A stretch of 64,000 nt of DNA from NCBI GenBank assembly GCA_026390635.1, contig JAPLFO010000148.1, forward strand, positions 124,080 through 188,079, given 5' to 3'. Below, in pieces: positions 48,480 to 57,632 of the stretch (position 1 is the first letter of the stretch; each line of letters begins with the position of its first letter). The translations under genes and the position numbers were made by a program. The notes beneath the pieces are model-generated. The model did no database searches and was not told the origin of the DNA. It saw only the letters and a list, made by a program, of their open reading frames with translations. The DNA comes from Ignavibacteriales bacterium. GTDB taxonomy: Bacteria; Bacteroidota; Ignavibacteria; UBA10030; UBA8401.

Positions 48480-49492
48480 GATGCCGTCCCCGCCGCGTCG
48501 CCGCCCAGCCCGGCTTTTACCAAATCGTGCAGATGTACCATTCCGACCGGTCGCTGCTTCTCATCAACAATCACAAGCTGCGTAATGTTGAATGATTCCA
48601 TTTCGTTCAACGCTGATGCTGCAAGCATTCCTTTTCGAATTGTTTTCGGATTCTTTGTCATAATGTGCTCTGCCGTTGCGGCAGAAACATCCGATGTCTT
48701 CTGAAGGAGCCGCCGCAAGTCACCGTCGGTCACGATGCCCTTGAGCAATCCCTGGGCGTCCACAACACATGTGGCGCCGAGCCGCTTTGATGTCATTTCC
48801 AGGATCGTGTCTTTCAACGATGACTCGAGCCGAACGACCGGAAACAGATCGCCGGAGACCATGAGTTCCTCGATCTTCAGCAGCAGACGCTTACCGATAT
48901 TGCCGCCGGGATGAAACATGGCAAAATCGTTTTCAGAAAAATTCCGCCGCTCGAGAAGCGCTACTGCAAGTGCATCCCCCATCGCGAGCGCCACCGTGGT
49001 GGATGTTGTCGGCGCCATCAAATGCGGACAGGCCTCCTCTTCCACAGACACATCCAGCACAATCTCCGACAACCGTGACAGCGGGGAATTCGTATTCCCC
49101 AGCATACCGATGATGGGAACACCGATGCGCTTGAACATGGGTATCAACTGGAGAATCTCTTTGGTATCGCCGCTCTTGGAGATAGCCACAACGACATCCT
49201 CGTCCCGCACCATTCCCAGATCGCCGTGAACCGCGTCGGATGGATGGAGAAAGAGCGCTGCCGTCCCCGTGGAATTCATCGTTGCAACAATTTTTTTTGC
49301 GATGATTCCTGATTTTCCCATGCCGGTAATGATGACACGCCCTTTGCATTCGACGATGAGTTCCACTGCACGCGCAAAGTTCCTATCAATTCTATCTTCC
49401 AGCGCTGCAACGGCTTTCGCCTCGATACGAATGACGGATTTCCCTTTTTCGATGTCTGTCATTTTTTTTGCCACCGAGAACACCGAGGACAC
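48476..49492 (-). CDS. kdsD: Arabinose-5-phosphate isomerase (KpsF/GutQ/KdsD family; SIS + tandem CBS domains)
   Basis: SIS motif VIITGMGKSGIIAKKI and a C-terminal CBS pair. Confidence 0.9.
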   Translation of the reverse strand: MSSVFSVAKKMTDIEKGKSVIRIEAKAVAALEDRIDRNFARAVELIVECKGRVIITGMGKSGIIAKKIVATMNSTGTAALFLHPSDAVHGDLGMVRDEDVVVAISKSGDTKEILQLIPMFKRIGVPIIGMLGNTNSPLSRLSEIVLDVSVEEEACPHLMAPTTSTTVALAMGDALAVALLERRNFSENDFAMFHPGGNIGKRLLLKIEELMVSGDLFPVVRLESSLKDTILEMTSKRLGATCVVDAQGLLKGIVTDGDLRRLLQKTSDVSAATAEHIMTKNPKTIRKGMLAASALNEMESFNITQLVIVDEKQRPVGMVHLHDLVKAGLGGDAAGTAS

Positions 49493-49599
49493 AGAGAAAA
49501 CTCATTCTCTCTCTGCGTCGAGCATCTTTCGACACTCTGAAAGCAAACTCTCTGTGTTCTCTGTGACCTCTGTGGCTGTTTATGTTTTTTTCATTGATC

Positions 49600-50424
49600 T
49601 TATTTATGTTCAATCATCAAAGCATCGATTGCCAGCACCTGCTTCAACAACTCATCAAGTTTATCGAGCGGAAGTTGACTGGCAGCATCGCTGAGCGCCC
49701 GTGCAGGATCCGGATGCGTCTCGATAAACAGTGCATCGATGCCGACGGCGGCACCGGCACGGGCAATCGGGAAAATGAATTCCGGCTGTCCACCGCTCAT
49801 TCCGCTTCCCGCGCCCGGAAGCTGAACGGCATGCGTCGCATCCAGTACCACCGGATATCCCAGGGAGCGCATGATCGGCAACGAACGTACATCGACAACC
49901 AGGTTGTGATATCCAAACGATGCACCGCGTTCCGTAGCCATGATGGCGGTATTTCCTGTCGCGGCGACTTTTTCAATGGGATGTTTCATGTCTTCCGGTG
50001 CAAGAAATTGTCCTTTTTTGATATTGACAATCCTGCCGGTTTTTCCCGCTGCATACAACAGATCCGATTGACGGCAAAGAAATGCCGGTATTTGCAGCAC
50101 GTCTGCCACTTCGGCGGCGACTGCGGCCTCTTCGGGAGAATGGATGTCTGTCAATATCGGCATCCCGAATGTAGATTTCACTTCTGCGAGAATTCTTAAC
50201 GCCTCATCCACGCCAAGACCGACAAATCCGGAATTGCTTGTTCTGTTCGCCTTCTTATAGGATGACTTAAAAATGACTTCAACAGAGAGTTTCTGCGCAA
50301 TGTTCTTGATTCTGTCAGCGGTGGAGAGAATCAGATCACGGCTTTCAACAACGCATGGACCGGCAATCAACACGAGCGGCTTTTTACCGCCAATGCTCAT
50401 ATTATTAAGTTGAATTACTCGCAT
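49600..50424 (-). CDS. kdsA: 3-deoxy-8-phosphooctulonate synthase
   Basis: KPLVLIAGPCVVES...FKSSYKKANRTS...LTDIH motifs. 274 aa. Confidence 0.92.
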   Translation of the reverse strand: MRVIQLNNMSIGGKKPLVLIAGPCVVESRDLILSTADRIKNIAQKLSVEVIFKSSYKKANRTSNSGFVGLGVDEALRILAEVKSTFGMPILTDIHSPEEAAVAAEVADVLQIPAFLCRQSDLLYAAGKTGRIVNIKKGQFLAPEDMKHPIEKVAATGNTAIMATERGASFGYHNLVVDVRSLPIMRSLGYPVVLDATHAVQLPGAGSGMSGGQPEFIFPIARAGAAVGIDALFIETHPDPARALSDAASQLPLDKLDELLKQVLAIDALMIEHK

Positions 50425-50638
50425 ATGTGTTCCATTTTCTGCTGGACAATCCTCTTTGCGTTCTGGAGCCGCTACGAGACCCCGAATGCGTGACAGAGAA
50501 GAGCTAAGATATTAAAATAGTAATCTTTGCAGGGAAAGTAAAGGAAAGCAGCATTGCTTTAGGAATTGGAGTAAGCGGAAATTGCTCATTGCTGACGGGA
50601 AACGGTGCTTTTCATACGGCAGGAAATATCAATCGATA

Positions 50639-51388
50639 TCAACGGATTTTTTCTGAAAAGATCGAGTCTCTTCTCAACCCCATCTTTTCCAAGCGGAACT
50701 GTATCGCTGTCAGCACACAGCCGATTCCATATTTGAGGCTCCGACGGAAGTTGATCGACGACGCTTCAGGGAAATAGCGGGCCGGACAGGTTACCTCGCC
50801 GATTGTGAATCCGTGATAGAGGATCTGCGCAAGAATTTGATTGTCAAAAACGAAATCGTCGGAATTCTTTTCCCACGGCACCCCCTCCAAGACCCTTCGC
50901 GTGAAAGCACGATATCCTGTATGAAATTCTGAAAGTTTCGATGACATCATCAGGTTCTGTAAGAGCGTCAAGATCCGATTATTGATGTATTTATAGAGAG
51001 GCATACCTCCCTGCAACGCCTTGCCGCCCAGGATACGAGAGCCAAGCACCACATCAAACTCTCCGGACTCAAGCATGTACACCATCGCTGGAATCAGTTT
51101 TGGGGTATATTGATAATCGGGGTGAAGCATGATCACAATATCGGCTCCTCTTTTCAGAGCGGATTTGTAGCAGGTCTTTTGATTGCCGCCGTAACCGGTG
51201 TTTTTCTCATGAACAATGGTCGCAATGTTCAATTCGCGCGCAACGGCGACGGTTTGATCCGTGCTGGCATCATCTACAAGAATGACTTCATCTACGATAT
51301 CAAAGGGGATATCCGCATACGTATCGCGCAGGGTTTTTTCTGCGTTATAGGCAGGGAGAACGACGATGATTTTCTTTTCTCTGACCAT
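50639..51388 (-). CDS. Family-2 glycosyltransferase (polyprenol-phosphate sugar synthase, Dpm1/ArnC-like)
   Basis: Start is reset to MVREKKIIVVLPAYNAE. DxD context VILVDDASTD. GT-A fold, 250 aa. Confidence 0.8.
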   Translation of the reverse strand: MVREKKIIVVLPAYNAEKTLRDTYADIPFDIVDEVILVDDASTDQTVAVARELNIATIVHEKNTGYGGNQKTCYKSALKRGADIVIMLHPDYQYTPKLIPAMVYMLESGEFDVVLGSRILGGKALQGGMPLYKYINNRILTLLQNLMMSSKLSEFHTGYRAFTRRVLEGVPWEKNSDDFVFDNQILAQILYHGFTIGEVTCPARYFPEASSINFRRSLKYGIGCVLTAIQFRLEKMGLRRDSIFSEKIR

Positions 51389-51603
51389 GCACACAAGATA
51401 TTGAAAAAGCGGGCCGCATTCAATTGTATCTTGATAATCAGCTGTAGATTGAGTCCGTGGGCCCGATCTGGCGCGATGCTGAGATATCACGGACAGATAC
51501 GGCTCGACTCCACAAAGTCGAGCTGCAATGTGCAGCGGATATATCAAAACCAGTAGGCCTTGAATCTTGAAGCTGGCCACATTTTTTGGTATATTATATA
51601 ATT

Positions 51604-53202
51604 ATGAGCAAAATTACGCCCCGGCGCACGTTCGCCATTATCTCACACCCTGACGCGGGAAAAACCACACTCACAGAGAAATTTCTGCTGTACGGCGGTG
51701 CCGTACAGCTTGCGGGATCCGTCACGGCGAGAAGAAATCAGCGCGCCTCCACTTCCGACTGGATGGAACTGGAGCGAAAGCGAGGTATTTCGATCAGTTC
51801 GACTGTTTTGCAGTTCGATTACAACGGTTTTCGTGTTAATCTGCTGGACACGCCGGGCCACCAGGATTTTTCTGAAGATACATACCGCGTTCTGACCGCG
51901 GTGGATGCCGTTATCATGGTGATCGATGCGGCAAAAGGCATTGAGACGCAGACGCGAAAACTATTCGAAGTCTGTCATCGTCGCGGCATTCCTATTTTTA
52001 CATTCATCAACAAATTGGATCATCCGACCAAAGATCCGCTGGAACTGCTTGATGAGCTGGAACATGTGCTCGGCATTGGCGCCTATCCGATGAACTGGCC
52101 GATTGGGACGGGACAGCAATTTCACGGACTTTTTGACCGTCGAGGAAAGACGATCCATCTGTTTGAGCGTGTTTCAGGCGGCGAATACCGTGCGCCGGTG
52201 GAAATTTTCGGCCTGCACGACGAAAATATGCGCGAACATGTGGACGCCCGCGTCCTTGCAACTGCACAGGAAGAAATGTCGATGTTGGATGGTGCAGGTT
52301 TTTCATTCGACCAAGACGCAATTCTCACCGGCAGGCAAACACCGGTCTATTTCGGCAGCGCCAAAAACAATTTCGGCGTTCAATTATTACTGGATGGATA
52401 TTTAGGCTTCGCACCTGATCCCCAGCCGCGCAGAAGCGCGCAGGGATTCGTCCCGGCCGAGGAAGACGAGGCGTTCTCCGGATTCATCTTCAAGATTCAA
52501 GCGAACATGGACCCACGGCACCGGGATCGCATTGCATTTCTCCGCATCTGCTCCGGCTCTTTTTCGCGGGATATGTTTGCTATTCACGCCCGCACAGGCA
52601 AAAAGATTCGCTTGTCCAATGCAGCAAAGCTTTTCGGGCAGCAGCGGGAAACAGTGGAAGAGGGATTTCCAGGAGACATCATCGGGCTTGTCGGTCATGA
52701 TGATTTCGGCATTGGCGACACGCTGACAGTAGATCCGGCCATCGTGTATGATGAGATACCAAGATTTCCTCCGGAATGTTTTGCGCTGTTACACAGTCCC
52801 AACCCGGCCAACTACAAACGACTGCGCGATGGATTGGACCAATTGCTGCAGGAAGGTGTTGTGCAATCGTTTCAACTGCTCAATTCCGGTTCACGTACGC
52901 CTGTGCTGGCTGCTGTTGGTCCGCTGCAATTTGAGGTGGTACAGTACCGATTGGAAAACGAGTACGGAGCGACAACGCGTCTGGAGAACACCGACTGGAA
53001 ACTTGTTCGCTGGGTACATCCCGATACGGATCTGAAACAATTGTCCTCGAAACTGCTCCCGACAACCACATTTCTGGCAGAAGATGTTCTTAAGCAGCCG
53101 GCGATAATTTTTGCCAACGATTGGGCGCTGAACTATTTCCTTGAGCAGCACAAAGAAGTGAAGCTGTCGGACGAACCATGGCCGGAAGAAAGCCAAAAGT
53201 GA
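51604..53202 (+). CDS. prfC: Peptide chain release factor 3
   Basis: MSKITPRRTFAIISHPDAGKTTLTEKFLLYGGAVQLAGSV is the RF3 N-terminus. The GTPase domain has DTPGHQDF and NKLD. Confidence 0.92.
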   Translation: MSKITPRRTFAIISHPDAGKTTLTEKFLLYGGAVQLAGSVTARRNQRASTSDWMELERKRGISISSTVLQFDYNGFRVNLLDTPGHQDFSEDTYRVLTAVDAVIMVIDAAKGIETQTRKLFEVCHRRGIPIFTFINKLDHPTKDPLELLDELEHVLGIGAYPMNWPIGTGQQFHGLFDRRGKTIHLFERVSGGEYRAPVEIFGLHDENMREHVDARVLATAQEEMSMLDGAGFSFDQDAILTGRQTPVYFGSAKNNFGVQLLLDGYLGFAPDPQPRRSAQGFVPAEEDEAFSGFIFKIQANMDPRHRDRIAFLRICSGSFSRDMFAIHARTGKKIRLSNAAKLFGQQRETVEEGFPGDIIGLVGHDDFGIGDTLTVDPAIVYDEIPRFPPECFALLHSPNPANYKRLRDGLDQLLQEGVVQSFQLLNSGSRTPVLAAVGPLQFEVVQYRLENEYGATTRLENTDWKLVRWVHPDTDLKQLSSKLLPTTTFLAEDVLKQPAIIFANDWALNYFLEQHKEVKLSDEPWPEESQK

Positions 53203-53306
53203 AAAGGAAAAAGGCTAAAGTGGGGAAGATCTTTTTTTCCGCCGGATGAACAAGAAGAATGTATTTTCTCTGCAAGCGCTATATTTCGGATGCAGGAGGC
53301 AATTCC

Positions 53307-54836
53307 ATGATGGAAAAACTCAAGAATAGAGATTTTCAAATTATAGCCCTCCTTGCAGGCGCAAAACTGCTGATTCACTTTTTATTCAATGGCGGCTATG
53401 GTGTTTTCCGGGATGAGTTCTATTATCTCGCCTGCGGCGAGCACCTGGCTTTTGGATATGTCGATCATCCGCCGCTGATCGCCCTGATTGCAAAGAGTAT
53501 GCGGCTTATTCTTGGCGATTCTCTTTTTGCCATTCGATTCCTGCCGGCCATCGCCGGAGCACTTGTTGTTTTCTTCACGGGGCTGCTCGTTCGCCGCATG
53601 GGTGGCGGACGGGTACCAGCCATTGCCGCCTGCCTCGCCGTTATCTTCTCCCCCGTCTATCTTGCCAGCGGTAATTTCCTCTCGATGAATGTATTCGACC
53701 AATTGTTCTGGACAATCGCATTCTATCTGATTGCGCTCATCTTGACGGAGGAAAAACGATTGTACTGGATTCTCCTGGGAATCGTCATCGGCGTCGGTTT
53801 CGAAAACAAGATTTCCATTCTCTTCCTTCTGTTCGGAGTTGGGATCGGCCTGGTGTTGACCGACCGCCGCCGCCTTATCCTGAGAAATGACTTCTGGATC
53901 GCAGCCATCATTGCACTGCTGATTTCCCTCCCGCACATTCTCTGGCAAATTGCAAAGGGATTCCCAACACTCGAGTTTATAGACAACGCTGCACAACAGA
54001 AGAACATCCGGCTTAATCCGATGCAGTTTCTTTCCGGCCAATTGATGGACACGGCTATTGTGGGATTGCTGCTGCTGATTCTTGGAATCCTTTTTTTCTT
54101 TTTCTCAAAAAACGGGAAACCATTCCGCGTGTTCGGGTGGACATATGTTGCGATTCTGCTGCTCTTCTTGGCAACACATGCCAAGACGTACTATATTGCT
54201 CCGTTGTATCCGCTGATGTTCGCGGCCGGATGCATCTACGCTGGAGAACTGTCGGCACGGCGATGGATGCGCCCTTTGGTGTCTGGAGTCATCGCCGTGA
54301 TTATTTTCCTTGGCGCCCTTGGAGCCCCTTTCTGCCTTCCCATTCTCTCACCCGAGTCATTCTTACGCTATTCTGCCGCGCTTGGCGTTACCGTGCAGCA
54401 GTCGGAGCGGCACCAGCCCACGCCGCTTCCGCAGCATTTTGCCGATATGTTTGGATGGGAAAATATGACATTGCGCGTGGCCCGGGTGTACTATTCGCTG
54501 CCAGACAGTGTAAGGACGCACTGCGGCATTTATGTGCAGAACTACGGTCAAGCCGGCGCACTTGATTTCTTTGGAAAATCACTGGGCCTTCCACCCGTTC
54601 TCTGCGGGCATAACAACTACTGGTATTGGACAGAAGGACTTGAACGCTATAACAGTATCATTATTCTCGGGGGCGACATTGAAGATTATAAAAAAGTCTT
54701 TGATCAAGTACTCGTTGTCGATGTTGTGACACACCCGTATGTCATGCCCTATGAGAACAATCTGCAAATTTTTATCTGTCGCGGTTTAAGACTACCGCTC
54801 AAAGAGATAATGAAGGGGACACGGCATTTCATCTAG
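53307..54836 (+). CDS. GT-C-fold glycosyltransferase of the PMT/ArnT (GT39/GT83) family, a polytopic membrane protein
   Basis: DE motif in the first periplasmic loop (FRDEFYYLACGEHLAFGYVDHPPL), 10+ TM helices and a C-terminal soluble domain. Confidence 0.7.
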   Translation: MMEKLKNRDFQIIALLAGAKLLIHFLFNGGYGVFRDEFYYLACGEHLAFGYVDHPPLIALIAKSMRLILGDSLFAIRFLPAIAGALVVFFTGLLVRRMGGGRVPAIAACLAVIFSPVYLASGNFLSMNVFDQLFWTIAFYLIALILTEEKRLYWILLGIVIGVGFENKISILFLLFGVGIGLVLTDRRRLILRNDFWIAAIIALLISLPHILWQIAKGFPTLEFIDNAAQQKNIRLNPMQFLSGQLMDTAIVGLLLLILGILFFFFSKNGKPFRVFGWTYVAILLLFLATHAKTYYIAPLYPLMFAAGCIYAGELSARRWMRPLVSGVIAVIIFLGALGAPFCLPILSPESFLRYSAALGVTVQQSERHQPTPLPQHFADMFGWENMTLRVARVYYSLPDSVRTHCGIYVQNYGQAGALDFFGKSLGLPPVLCGHNNYWYWTEGLERYNSIIILGGDIEDYKKVFDQVLVVDVVTHPYVMPYENNLQIFICRGLRLPLKEIMKGTRHFI

Positions 54837-54901
54837 TCGGACTGACGAGGGATTCTCCGGTTTATCCTTTGTCGTCACGACTTCGCTGGACGACCACATT
54901 C

Positions 54902-54931
54902 CCGCCGGTCACCGAGCGGAACCGAAGCGAC
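54902..54931 (+). repeat. Member of the same GC-rich repeat family downstream of the GT-C glycosyltransferase gene
   Basis: CCGCCGGTCACCGAGCGGAACCGAAGCGAC has 18 nt identical to 41969-41986. It is embedded in a GACGAC...GTCGTC inverted repeat. Confidence 0.7.
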
Positions 54932-55070
54932 TGTGGCTGTCGTCAACTCACCATTTGAATTGCCATTGTGCGTTATCGATGGACATCGGCTCAAATGGTA
55001 TCTATTGGGCATATTTTTCGGGAACGCAAAGTGCTACAGCAGAGTCTAATAGAAACAAATGGAGAATGAT

Positions 55071-55928
55071 ATGAATACGTTTAAAACATATTTTTTGATG
55101 ACATTGCTTACCGTACTTGTTGTTTTAGCCGGCGACTTGCTGGGAGGTCAGGGCGGGATGATGATGGCTTTTCTGTTTGCGATCGCTATGAATTTTGGCA
55201 GCTACTATTTCAGCGACAAGATCGTTCTGCGGATGTACGGAGCCCGGGAAGTAACAGAGGGAGAAAATCCACAGCTCTACCGTATTACGCGGGAACTGGC
55301 ACAACGGGGCGGCATACCGATGCCTAAATTATACATCATCAACGGCGATCAGCCCAACGCATTTGCTACCGGACGCAATCCCGAACACGCTGCGGTTGCT
55401 GTCACTGAAGGAATCCAGCGCTTGCTTACTCCTGAAGAACTTCGAGGAGTGATCGGCCATGAGTTGGGACATGTAATGCATCGGGACATTCTTATCGGGA
55501 CGATTGCAGCCACCTTCGCCGGCGCCATCACCATGCTGGCACACATGGCGCAGTGGGCAATGATATTCGGCGGCGGCCGCTCTCGTGATGATGACGAAGG
55601 AAGCAATCCGATCGTCGCGATCGCAATGATCATTGTCGCACCGTTGGCTGCAATGCTGATTCAGATGGCAATTTCCCGTTCGCGTGAATTCATGGCAGAT
55701 GAAGAGGGGGCGCGACTGGCTGCGAATCCTCTGTTGCTTGCCAGCGCACTTCGCAAACTGCAAATGAAAGCAGAGGAGATTCCGATGGACGCATCTCCAT
55801 CCACTGCTCACATGTTCATTGTTAATCCGCTCAGCGGCGGGGGAATTGCAAAGCTCTTCTCCACCCATCCGCCGATGGAAGAAAGGGTCGCACGATTGGA
55901 AGCAATGGTGTATGGGGGAACCAAATAG
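55071..55928 (+). CDS. htpX: Zinc metalloprotease HtpX (peptidase M48)
   Basis: Two N-terminal TMs, HEXXH ([14 protein letters not shown]) and a C-terminal TM pair. An alternative start is the ATG at 55059. Confidence 0.9.
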   Translation: MNTFKTYFLMTLLTVLVVLAGDLLGGQGGMMMAFLFAIAMNFGSYYFSDKIVLRMYGAREVTEGENPQLYRITRELAQRGGIPMPKLYIINGDQPNAFATGRNPEHAAVAVTEGIQRLLTPEELRGVIGHELGHVMHRDILIGTIAATFAGAITMLAHMAQWAMIFGGGRSRDDDEGSNPIVAIAMIIVAPLAAMLIQMAISRSREFMADEEGARLAANPLLLASALRKLQMKAEEIPMDASPSTAHMFIVNPLSGGGIAKLFSTHPPMEERVARLEAMVYGGTK

Positions 55929-55970
55929 GCGGCCGCCACACTGTCCGATACAACTTGTCCAACAAATTCA

Positions 55971-56002
55971 AAAAGCGCAAAGCTGTTCTTCTTTGCGCTT
56001 TT
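55971..56002. terminator. Bidirectional rho-independent terminator between htpX and the DinB-family gene
   Basis: AAAAGCGCAAAG-ctgttcttc-TTTGCGCTTTT. Confidence 0.75.
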
Positions 56003-56224
56003 CCATGATCTGCACATACAGTCCTATTACCTCAACACAAATTCCCCAATAACCGGACAATGATCGGAGGTATTCGTCGGGACCACGGTGATGCGGACGG
56101 GAAGCAGAGTCGAAGTCTTGAAGATAAAAATGCGGACACAGTCGGATGTCGCTCATTGCTTTCAATAGCAAAACAAGGATCCTGAAGAAGAAGACGATGA
56201 ACCTTGTACAAATCAATGTATGAA

Positions 56225-56252
56225 CCGCTCCGGTGCGCAAACGCCGGAGCGG
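56225..56252 (-). terminator. Terminator-like hairpin immediately 3' of the DinB-family gene
   Basis: CCGCTCCGG-tgcgcaaacg-CCGGAGCGG. Confidence 0.5.
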
Positions 56253-56279
56253 CCATACAAAGGATACTCAGAAAGCCTT

Positions 56280-56780
56280 TTACTCCGGCGCTTTCATATT
56301 ATATTGCGCCCATTCTTCTTTTGCCGGTCCATACACACCGGGCACTTTCAGTCCGGCCTGACGCATCAGAACTGTCATTTGCGCACGATGATGGATTTCA
56401 TGCACGATCAGCGAGGAAAGTGCTTTGCTCCTTGTCCATTTTTCGCCGTACATTTCAATTTCTTCCGCTAGGCCGGCATCGCTCCATGATGCCTTGACAG
56501 AATTTCCCAATGCCACAGCCACGCTGCGATAGGTGGAGACAATTTTTCCCGCTGTATCCGGAATTGGGGCTTTTTCAACCGACGCCGAAAACTTCAACCC
56601 GGCCTGTGTTCCCATCTCACCGAGTGTCTGCACGAGATGCCAGGCAAGAGAACCCAGTGAACGGCCATCGGGTGACACCTTCTGGCTCAGGGACGCATCC
56701 GTCAATGCCGACAGAACTTTGAGTGTGCTCTCGCTCTCAGATGTCCATTCGGCGATGAACTCGGAAATTGTGTGATACAT
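56280..56780 (-). CDS. DinB/YfiT-like four-helix-bundle metalloenzyme family protein
   Basis: The His triad context (AWHLVQT...HEIHHRAQM) is typical of the DinB_2 family. Confidence 0.75.
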   Translation of the reverse strand: MYHTISEFIAEWTSESESTLKVLSALTDASLSQKVSPDGRSLGSLAWHLVQTLGEMGTQAGLKFSASVEKAPIPDTAGKIVSTYRSVAVALGNSVKASWSDAGLAEEIEMYGEKWTRSKALSSLIVHEIHHRAQMTVLMRQAGLKVPGVYGPAKEEWAQYNMKAPE

Positions 56781-56838
56781 GACTCCTCCTGTTTTATTGA
56801 AGCGTGAACATCGACAGCAGTGAACCCCGATTTTGGCA

Positions 56839-57528
56839 TTACTTCATCACACTGAGTGTCCGCATAATTTCTGCGGCAACAAGCCTATTGCATTCTTTGT
56901 TCAAATGAACCCTGTCTGTTGTCAGAATCCCCTTCTCCGCATTGGCCGGATTGTGCTGTCGCTCATATGCCGAAAAGGCAGCACGAAGATCACACAGCGG
57001 AATACCGATTTCCGCGGCCACCGATCGGCCTACATCGGCATAGTCATTCAGCGATTGATCCTGCGGATTGAATCCGTCCTTCTTCTCTCCAATCACGCTC
57101 GGCGTACAGAGCACTACTTTTGCTCCTGTCGTTCGAATAGACTGGATGATCTCTCTCAGAACGAGGGCAAACGTGTCTTTCGGCGTTCCGCGGAGATTCG
57201 GCAGTGCAGAGTGCCACACATCATTGATGCCGATATAGACAACCACGATCGTCGGCTGTTTCTCCAGGACGTCTTTGGAGAGGCGCCGTTGAAGATCTGT
57301 CACCTTATTCCCGCTGATGCCCGCATTGATGACCGCCGACCCTTCAATCGCCGTGCCGCGCAATAAGCTGTCCCGTATCAAAGCAACATAGCCGCCGGGA
57401 CGTTCACCAAGCTGCGTAATCGAATCGCCGAAGAAGACAATACGTTGCGATTCGCGAATGGCTTCTTTCACAGAGCTGCAACCAACGAGCAGTAATAGCA
57501 ACACTATCATTTTGCAATTCATGTTCAT
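56839..57528 (-). CDS. SGNH/GDSL-family hydrolase lipoprotein
   Basis: Lipobox LLLLVGCSS. GDS motif FFGDSITQ. Gly and Asn blocks (GISGN, GINDV) and a catalytic DRVH near the C-terminus. Confidence 0.85.
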   Translation of the reverse strand: MNMNCKMIVLLLLLVGCSSVKEAIRESQRIVFFGDSITQLGERPGGYVALIRDSLLRGTAIEGSAVINAGISGNKVTDLQRRLSKDVLEKQPTIVVVYIGINDVWHSALPNLRGTPKDTFALVLREIIQSIRTTGAKVVLCTPSVIGEKKDGFNPQDQSLNDYADVGRSVAAEIGIPLCDLRAAFSAYERQHNPANAEKGILTTDRVHLNKECNRLVAAEIMRTLSVMK

Positions 57529-57632
57529 CCCACCCCTGTCGGGGCACTGTATAGCTTCTTTCGAACCAAGCAGGTGGCCAACTACAAGTACCTTCAATAG
57601 GACGGCTCCGCTCGGCGTCCGGCGAACCGAAT

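Noticed and set aside
53382-54041. 219-aa minus-strand ORF
   Set aside because: It is antisense to the GT-C glycosyltransferase gene, whose TM-helix periodicity clearly marks the true frame.
56005-56225. 220-nt gap with a 25-codon ORF (MRTGSRVEVLKIKMRTQSDVAHCFQ) between htpX and the DinB-family gene
   Set aside because: No convincing RBS, and no conservation can be assessed. It is probably just the spacer between two terminators.
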